The notes beneath the pieces were generated by a model that was not told where the DNA came from, searched no databases, and worked only from the letters and a program-made list of their open reading frames with translations. A stretch of DNA of 64,000 bases, from contig CBFHOE010000003.1 in NCBI GenBank assembly GCA_965657355.1, positions 405,520 to 469,519 of the forward strand. Reading direction: 5' to 3'. Shown here one piece after another: positions 57,661 to 64,000 of this stretch; positions within the stretch are counted from its first letter, which is position 1, and every line of letters starts with the position of its first letter. The translations under genes and the position numbers were made by a program. The stretch comes from Limisphaerales bacterium. Lineage in GTDB: Bacteria > Verrucomicrobiota > Verrucomicrobiia > Limisphaerales > JAJOIW01.

Positions 57661-58761
57661 TTATCCTAGAATTTTCTTCCCTTCATCCAAGAAGATTCCT
57701 TTGAAATTCATCTCCAAAGATTGAGGATTTGTAGCTTTATCCATGGCCTCTTCTTTTGTGATGACCCCATTTTGAACCAAATCAAAAAGAGCTTGGTTGA
57801 AATTCTGCATACCGTCATCTCTACCTACTTCAACCGCTGCAGCTAGCTTATCCAATCGATTCTCTTCTATCAGTTTTCTTATAGTGGAGTTGGAGACCAT
57901 TATTTCCATAGCAGGGTAAACACCTCCATCAACTGTTTTGACCATTCTTTGGCAAATGACCGATTTCAAAGTCCCAACCAGCTGTTTTCTGACCTGTTCT
58001 CGATCTCCTGCATCGAAGAAGTCGAGAATTCTTGAAACAGACTGGGATGTATCTGTTGTATGGAGTGTGGATAAAACCAGGTGTCCGGTATCAGCTGCTG
58101 AGATAGCTGCCTGAAAACTGATAGAATCTCGCATCTCGCCAACCATGATGACATCAGGGTCCTGCCTTAAAATATGTTTTAAACCTCCGCGGAACGAAGG
58201 TGTATCCAGGCCAATTTCTCGCTGCTCAATGACTGATTCCTTATCACTGAATACATATTCAATGGGATCTTCCAATGTGATGATATGTCTTTTGGTATTG
58301 GTATTAATATGATCAATCATCGCAGCCAAAGTGGTTGACTTACCCGATCCCGTTGTCCCTGCAATGAGCACAATACCACGGTGCGAGCTGGAAATATCTT
58401 TCAGGATCTCAGGAAGATTTAATCCCTCAATGCTAGGTACTTCAGCTTTGACGTAGCGCATGGCAATTGCCATCGTTCCCCTCTGCTGGAAAACATTGGT
58501 CCTAAACCTTCCAATATCTTTAATAAAATACGAGAAATCTGTTTCGTTGTTCTCCTCGAGTCCTGGTTTTGCATAATCTGGAACAATTTGATCAAGCACC
58601 TGTTGCATCCACTCCACCGTGGGGACTTCAGAATCCACATCATACAACTGGCTATTAATTCGAAAGATTACGGGATTACCTATCTTGACATGCACATCAG
58701 AAGCTCCACCATCAACAGCAGCCTTCAGAAGTTTGTGAAACAATTCTATGCTTTCAGCCAT
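57661..58761 (-). CDS. pilT: PilT/PilU family type IV pilus retraction ATPase
   Basis: ASDVH, GRFRTN, GTTGSGKSTT, TLEDPIEY, QREIG, LRQDPDVIMVGEMRD, TGHLVLSTLHT. Confidence 0.9.
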   Translation of the reverse strand: MAESIELFHKLLKAAVDGGASDVHVKIGNPVIFRINSQLYDVDSEVPTVEWMQQVLDQIVPDYAKPGLEENNETDFSYFIKDIGRFRTNVFQQRGTMAIAMRYVKAEVPSIEGLNLPEILKDISSSHRGIVLIAGTTGSGKSTTLAAMIDHINTNTKRHIITLEDPIEYVFSDKESVIEQREIGLDTPSFRGGLKHILRQDPDVIMVGEMRDSISFQAAISAADTGHLVLSTLHTTDTSQSVSRILDFFDAGDREQVRKQLVGTLKSVICQRMVKTVDGGVYPAMEIMVSNSTIRKLIEENRLDKLAAAVEVGRDDGMQNFNQALFDLVQNGVITKEEAMDKATNPQSLEMNFKGIFLDEGKKILG

Positions 58762-58841
58762 ATCTAACCTTAATTTATAAAATTTATGTTCGCCATCTTA
58801 TCTGAGCTAAAATTTGTGATTTTCTCAGAGAAAAAAATATT

Positions 58842-59879
58842 TCACCAGTCGATAACCATTGCCGCCCATGTTAACCCAGCACCGAAGGCAAGAAGCAAAA
58901 TTTTATCTCCACGCTCCAACTGTCCATTCGATGCCAGTTCGTCAAGTGCGATTCCAATGGAAGCCGCAGAGGTATTCCCGAATCGTTCGACATTCATGTA
59001 TAATTGTGATGGATCAGCCCCTGTTTTTTCGGCGACTGCTGTCAGTATTCGCTGGTTTGCTTGGTGGGGTATGATCCACCGGATTTCGCTTAAATTGATC
59101 TGAGCCGTTTTTAAAACGCGATTTGCCGCCGCTGTCATCGACTGGATGGCATTTTTGAACGTTTCTCGGCCGTCCATTTTGAGAAAGTGGTGTCCTAATT
59201 TGAGTGACTCCGGGGTCGCTGGTATTTTTGATCCGCCTCCAGGCATACACAAGAGACCATTTTTCTCGCCATCTGCACCAAGCTCTGAGCAGCCAATTCC
59301 ACTCGTCTTGGCATCTTTAGGTCTTTCTAAATAAGCCGCGCCTGCACCATCCCCGAAAAGGACACAAGTATTGCGATCAGACCAATCAATAATCGAGCTG
59401 AGTTTCTCAGCTCCGATAACCAATGCATTCTTGACGGCACCCGATTGCAAAAATTGTCGAGCTATCTCCAAAGTGTATATGAATCCAGAACAGGCGGCTT
59501 CGATATCAAACGCAAGTGCTCTTTTTGCCCCAATGTTTTGCTGGACCAAACATGCCGTTGAAGGAAAAAGCATATCAGGCGTGATAGTTGCTACTATTAT
59601 CAGCTCCACTTCGCTCCCATCAATACCCGCCTTCTCAAGAGCTTTCAGTGCAGCTTTTGTCCCCAGCGATGATGTTGATTCTTCGTCAGAGGCTATTCTT
59701 CGCTCTCTTATTCCAGTTCTTGTGGTGATCCACTCGTCAGATGTTTCGACCAATTTTTCGAGATCACCATTTGTAAGTATTTTTTCGGGAACGTATGACC
59801 CTGTTGAGATTATTTGAACATTTTGCCCGGTAATGGGTGAAATCTGGGGGGGAGATCCGATTGCCATATTTTTAAACAA
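58842..59879 (-). CDS. fabH: 3-oxoacyl-ACP synthase III
   Basis: WITTRTGIRERR, AACSGF, VLFGDGAGA, PHQAN, GNTSAAS, FGAGLTW. Confidence 0.97.
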   Translation of the reverse strand: MFKNMAIGSPPQISPITGQNVQIISTGSYVPEKILTNGDLEKLVETSDEWITTRTGIRERRIASDEESTSSLGTKAALKALEKAGIDGSEVELIIVATITPDMLFPSTACLVQQNIGAKRALAFDIEAACSGFIYTLEIARQFLQSGAVKNALVIGAEKLSSIIDWSDRNTCVLFGDGAGAAYLERPKDAKTSGIGCSELGADGEKNGLLCMPGGGSKIPATPESLKLGHHFLKMDGRETFKNAIQSMTAAANRVLKTAQINLSEIRWIIPHQANQRILTAVAEKTGADPSQLYMNVERFGNTSAASIGIALDELASNGQLERGDKILLLAFGAGLTWAAMVIDW

Positions 59880-59880
59880 A

Positions 59881-60909
59881 TCAAGCTGCTTGATCAGGCT
59901 GTTCTTGTTGCCTGATTTGATCAGTAATCTTTTTATTAATGTTGTGCTGAAATTCTTGGATAGCGATGCCTATTGCATTTTCAATGGCAATCTCTTTTGC
60001 AGATCCATGGGTTATCATTACGTTACCGTTCACTCCAAGTAACGGGGCCCCACCGTATGTGTCAGGGTTCATCTTATGTCTGATCGGTTTAAAAGCTGGC
60101 TTGCAAAGAAGGGCTCCCAATTTTCTCAATGGTGTAGCCGTCATCTCTTGTTTTATCCATCCAAACATATTCGTCGCCAAGCTTTCGCTCGTTTTTAAAA
60201 CGATATTTCCCGTGAATCCGTCGCAAACCACCACATCGACATTATCTTTGTAAAGGTCATGCCCTTCTACATTGCCAATAAAATTTAAATGACTGGCTTT
60301 AAGCATTGGAAAAGCCTCTAGAGTTAGCTCGTTTCCTTTGCTTGGTTCTGTGCCAACGCTCAGAAGGCCAACTCGAGGTCGAGCGACACCAAGAATTTCT
60401 TCCATGTAAATCGATCCCATTATGGCAAAATGCAATAGATGCGATGCTCGACAATCTGCGCTTGCCCCAGCATCTAATAAGAGAAACATGCCTTTTGGTC
60501 TGGGAATCACAGTGGCAATTCCGGCTCTATCCACCCCGGGTAAAGTTCTCAGCTTAATTGTCGCCGCAGCGACGACCCCGCCCGTGTTTCCCGGTGAAAC
60601 AACGGCGTCCACTTGATCTTTTTTTGCTAAATCTATAGCAATGGCTAATGAACAATTTTTCTTTCGCCTCAATCCTTCCACTGGCTTGTCCATCATGAGG
60701 AGAACATCATTGGTGTGGTGGATTGTAAATAATTCCTCATTTAGTGGCTCGCCTTTCCACTCACGCAAAGCCTGTTGGACAGCCTCTTCATCTCCAACAA
60801 AATGGAGTTCATTGATGGCTCCATTACATTTTTGGATAGCGCGAAAAGCCCCGTTGACAATAACAGCGGGGCCATGATCTCCACCCATAATGTCTACTGC
60901 TAAGCGCAT
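59881..60909 (-). CDS. plsX: Phosphate acyltransferase PlsX
   Basis: LAVDIMGGDHGP, SPGNTG, LLDAGA, FIGNVEG, VVCDGFTGNI, GGAPLLGV. Confidence 0.97.
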   Translation of the reverse strand: MRLAVDIMGGDHGPAVIVNGAFRAIQKCNGAINELHFVGDEEAVQQALREWKGEPLNEELFTIHHTNDVLLMMDKPVEGLRRKKNCSLAIAIDLAKKDQVDAVVSPGNTGGVVAAATIKLRTLPGVDRAGIATVIPRPKGMFLLLDAGASADCRASHLLHFAIMGSIYMEEILGVARPRVGLLSVGTEPSKGNELTLEAFPMLKASHLNFIGNVEGHDLYKDNVDVVVCDGFTGNIVLKTSESLATNMFGWIKQEMTATPLRKLGALLCKPAFKPIRHKMNPDTYGGAPLLGVNGNVMITHGSAKEIAIENAIGIAIQEFQHNINKKITDQIRQQEQPDQAA

Positions 60910-60947
60910 CTTAGTCGATAGGGTGTAATACCGAAGGTGAAAGTCTT

Positions 60948-61136
60948 TTAGACGATAGCTTCTTTAGAAATAAATTGTTGTCCCTTGTAGTGGCCGCAGT
61001 GGTGACAAACTTTGTGTGGTAAGGTTTTTTCACCACAGTTTGGGCACTCAATGAGCTGCGGAAGCGTCAATACACTATTGTAAGCCTTTCTCATCTTTTT
61101 GCGGCTCTTGGATACTTTTCTCTTTGGTACTGGCAT
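60948..61136 (-). CDS. rpmF: 50S ribosomal protein L32 (Zn-binding)
   Basis: MPVPKRKVSKSR...CPNCG...PHKVCHHCGHYKG. Confidence 0.97.
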   Translation of the reverse strand: MPVPKRKVSKSRKKMRKAYNSVLTLPQLIECPNCGEKTLPHKVCHHCGHYKGQQFISKEAIV

Positions 61137-61209
61137 GGCTAGTGTTCTTTTCTATATGTGCAAACCTAAATTAATATATGATACGCGTAATTCTCCTGGC
61201 ATTGATCCG

Positions 61210-61704
61210 TCACAGTTTTAGGTCATCCAACCTGCTCCAAGGAGACGGCTGTTCCTCAATCTCTGCGGGCTCATCGTCCGAGCTGCGAGACCTGCTGGGC
61301 TTATTACTAACCGTGCAGTCTGGGGAACACAGCGGATGCTGCGGAAATGCCAAGAGTAGATCCTCTCGAATAATTGGTAACAAGTCAACAGTATCTCCAA
61401 CTATTTCCGCCTTTTCTTCCCCTTTTAGGCCAAAAAAACCAGTCCACTCCGGGTATGTCACAGGAAATGAGAATTCTTCAAGGCATCTGACACATTGGCA
61501 ATTAAGCTCTAATTCCAAAGATCCATGGACACATATCTGATCTTCGGAGAGTTGGGCCACAAGGTCGTAATGCAACGGGGATTTGGCTTCTATCATATCA
61601 TCCCCGATCATCAGATTCAGATTTTCAACGGGTAGGGCACCTTCGAGGTATTCATCCTCTTTTTCAAGGTGGCTAAGGTTAACTGGGAGTCCTTTGGCCT
61701 TCAT
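61210..61704 (-). CDS. yceD: DUF177/YceD family protein
   Basis: CVRCLEEF, VDLLPIIREDLLLAFPQHPLCSPDC, WSRLDDL. Lies upstream of rpmF. Confidence 0.9.
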   Translation of the reverse strand: MKAKGLPVNLSHLEKEDEYLEGALPVENLNLMIGDDMIEAKSPLHYDLVAQLSEDQICVHGSLELELNCQCVRCLEEFSFPVTYPEWTGFFGLKGEEKAEIVGDTVDLLPIIREDLLLAFPQHPLCSPDCTVSNKPSRSRSSDDEPAEIEEQPSPWSRLDDLKL

Positions 61705-61795
61705 AGCTTGAATTCTCATCCAATGGGTTATGTGGGCTTATTAGTCGTAAAGTGTCCTTATTTCATTTTACAATCTCGCCCACTTCGATTGTCTA

Positions 61796-62290
61796 TCACT
61801 GAACTCGTGCCTTGCCAAATTTTTTTTCCAGGGCATGAGCTACGCAAGTTGGCACAAATTGGTTGCAGTCGCCGCCATGTTTTGCAATATCTTTGACGAT
61901 GCTGGAGCTGATAAAGGTGTAATCTTCCTTTGGCATGAGAAAAATGGTCTCCACTTGCTCCGCTAATTTTCTATTGGCCAAAGCCATTTGAAATTCGAAT
62001 TCGAAATCAGAAATCGCTCTTAGGCCCCTGATAATAATATCGCAATTTTTATCGCGGGCATATTGCACTAGGAGGCCATCAAATCCTTCAATAGTCACAT
62101 TCTGGACATCTTTCAAAGAGTTTTGGGCTAAGTCTAGCCGTTCTTCGTAGCAGAAAAGAGGATTTTTTGATGTGCTTTTAGCGATAGCCACGGTGACGTG
62201 ATCAAAAATCTGGCATGCCCTCTGGACGATGTCCACGTGTCCTTTTGTCATTGGATCAAATGTCCCCGGATAAACTGCTCCTTCAGCCAT
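61796..62290 (-). CDS. coaD: Phosphopantetheine adenylyltransferase
   Basis: YPGTFDPMTKGH, RGLRAISDFEFE, FISSSIVK. Confidence 0.97.
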   Translation of the reverse strand: MAEGAVYPGTFDPMTKGHVDIVQRACQIFDHVTVAIAKSTSKNPLFCYEERLDLAQNSLKDVQNVTIEGFDGLLVQYARDKNCDIIIRGLRAISDFEFEFQMALANRKLAEQVETIFLMPKEDYTFISSSIVKDIAKHGGDCNQFVPTCVAHALEKKFGKARVQ

Positions 62291-62390
62291 AAACCGTATT
62301 ATCGTTAAACGAATATAGAAAACCAGTCCAATTCGCGACCTGCTGCCTGGAAAGGTCTGCGGAAAAACAGGATGTCTCAGAGGAATGGGG

Positions 62391-63008
62391 TTACTTCCTC
62401 TTATTTTTGGCTCTGACTACTTCATACGAATCAGAAACAAGAACCAAAGGTAGGCGCTCCTTGGCGAGTCGACCAAAATAAGTCTCTCCAAAGACAACTT
62501 TCTTCATGCGATAAAAATTTGGCAGCGTAGATCCGAAGGTTGCTTTGGATCTTCTTTCTTCAGCCTGGCCGACGGCATCTGTCGTCCTGTTTCCGTGTAT
62601 AAGTGAAAAGACAAAAATTAAAATAATAAATGAATTGAGAGTTCCCAGTATACCGCCGCAAATGACCTCGATATCCCTGAAGACAGTGCTGCCTTTGATT
62701 TTCATTTTCAGGAAGTCCTCATTAAGAATGACAACCAACCAAACGATAAGGTTAATTCCGAGAAAACTCAGTGTCAGGGATTTGGATATATCAAAGTTAA
62801 ATGCGCTCACGACAAGGCTGGCCACCCAAACATAGAGCAATGAGCCGAGGCACAATCCCGCGAGCCACTTCAAAAAGCTTGGCAGCATTTCATATCCTCC
62901 CCTTTTAATACCTCTATATAGACCAAAAAAGATAAAACTCAGGCACAGAATATCCACTATGTGTATGCCCTGGAAATATTCTGAGTATTTGACGAGTAAG
63001 TCCTTCAT
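62391..63008 (-). CDS. cvpA: CvpA (colicin V production) family membrane protein
   Basis: VD....GLYRGIKRG, four TM helices, GGILG. Confidence 0.7.
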   Translation of the reverse strand: MKDLLVKYSEYFQGIHIVDILCLSFIFFGLYRGIKRGGYEMLPSFLKWLAGLCLGSLLYVWVASLVVSAFNFDISKSLTLSFLGINLIVWLVVILNEDFLKMKIKGSTVFRDIEVICGGILGTLNSFIILIFVFSLIHGNRTTDAVGQAEERRSKATFGSTLPNFYRMKKVVFGETYFGRLAKERLPLVLVSDSYEVVRAKNKRK

Positions 63009-63474
63009 CGCATTGATTACTTTCTGGAGTATGCGGAAAGATTTACAGATTCTTTACAGGTATACGGTGATTGTCCTGTGAGTAGACACGTGTTTTCCAA
63101 CGGGTGCCTGTAGTCTATCTCTCTTCCTGCTTTTTTCAGACTAACCTGATGAAGGCTTTCGCGACTCCCCAGAACATCTACTCACTCTGAATGAAACTAC
63201 AGCCAGTTGGAGCCAAAAAGCTCACAAAATCAGCGCTTCCTAAAAAGGCGGCAATGGTCTCGTTTCTAATGAGTCATTTTCCTACGCAAAACCACGGGGT
63301 CGGTTATTTGTTAAAACACAATGACACCGGATTTTCAGAGCGTTACAACCTCATTTTGCTCAAATGACATGCAAAAATGACTGCTTGTTAACAAATTCAT
63401 AAGCAGTAATGTCATTGGTGCGTCTTCAAAAATATGAAGACTTTCCTTTCTTTCCAAAATTCCTAGAATGACGT

Positions 63475-64000
63475 ATGCCTTCGCTACCATCAGTAGGATT
63501 TATTGGAACAGGTAAAATGGCGACTGCCTTGGCATCAGGTTGGGTGGGAGCCAACATGATTGATCACGACCAATCCATTGGGAGTGACCCTTCATCCCAA
63601 TCTCGAGAGGCTTTTTCTTCATCCACCGGCTTGAATACTCATGAAGACAACGGGATTATCTGGTCAAAATGTTCGATGATTGTTCTGGCTGTTAAGCCTC
63701 ATATCGTTGAAACCGTTTTGACTGCGGCCCCAATCACTGATGATCACTTAATCCTATCAATCGCTGCCGGAGTCAGTCTTGGAGATATGGAGAAAATGGC
63801 GGGAGGAAAGGGGAGATTTATCCGTGTCATGCCCAACACGCCAGCCATGGTTGGACGCGGTGCTTCAGGTTTTTCGCTGGGCAACAAAGCCTTATCGAAT
63901 GACTCAGAGCTCACAACTCTTCTCATGCAAACAATTGGCGTAGCATTCGAAGTTCCTGAAAATTTGTTAGATGCTGTAACAGGGGTTAGTGGTAGTGGCC
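63475..64000 (+). CDS. proC: Pyrroline-5-carboxylate reductase (3' partial, absent from the ORF track)
   Basis: Manual translation: MPSLPSVGFIGTGKMA...LAVKP...SIAAGV...IRVMPNTPAMVG...DAVTGVSGSG, running off the window end. Confidence 0.95.
   Translation, partial: MPSLPSVGFIGTGKMATALASGWVGANMIDHDQSIGSDPSSQSREAFSSSTGLNTHEDNGIIWSKCSMIVLAVKPHIVETVLTAAPITDDHLILSIAAGVSLGDMEKMAGGKGRFIRVMPNTPAMVGRGASGFSLGNKALSNDSELTTLLMQTIGVAFEVPENLLDAVTGVSGSG

Overview
This is a gene-dense bacterial chromosomal window, most likely from a Verrucomicrobiota (PVC) genome. That is inferred from a PEP-CTERM protein, an ECF sigma/Ser-Thr kinase pair, PVC-type cytochrome c, PQQ-propeller, sulfatase and FGE-domain proteins. 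About 55 CDSs are present. The core genes are infC, yebC, rnc, prfA, L31 type B, fabD-fabG-acpP-fabF, a UvrD/Rep helicase, parA, ppaC, thiH, gnd, dprA, rpsA, tmk, pilT, coaD-yceD-rpmF-plsX-fabH, cvpA and a partial proC. Secreted and polysaccharide-use accessory genes are interleaved with them. No rRNA, tRNA, CRISPR array, transposase or integrase was seen. The most interesting observations are: (1) a two-gene cassette (22995-26469) encoding an apparently exported dikinase-like protein, with a phospho-His motif before the ATP-grasp domain as in glucan water dikinase, plus an exported partner; (2) a ~60-aa 'E-S-x-[DN]L-x-x-W...FFR' module shared by three exported proteins; (3) a strongly codon-biased surface-protein pair (repeat protein plus PEP-CTERM) directly after T2SS gspK; (4) an orphan RelE-fold gene before infC; and (5) many -10 boxes lying 5-11 nt before start codons, which suggests leaderless or near-leaderless mRNAs. 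All calls come from motif recognition by eye, and no database searches were run.
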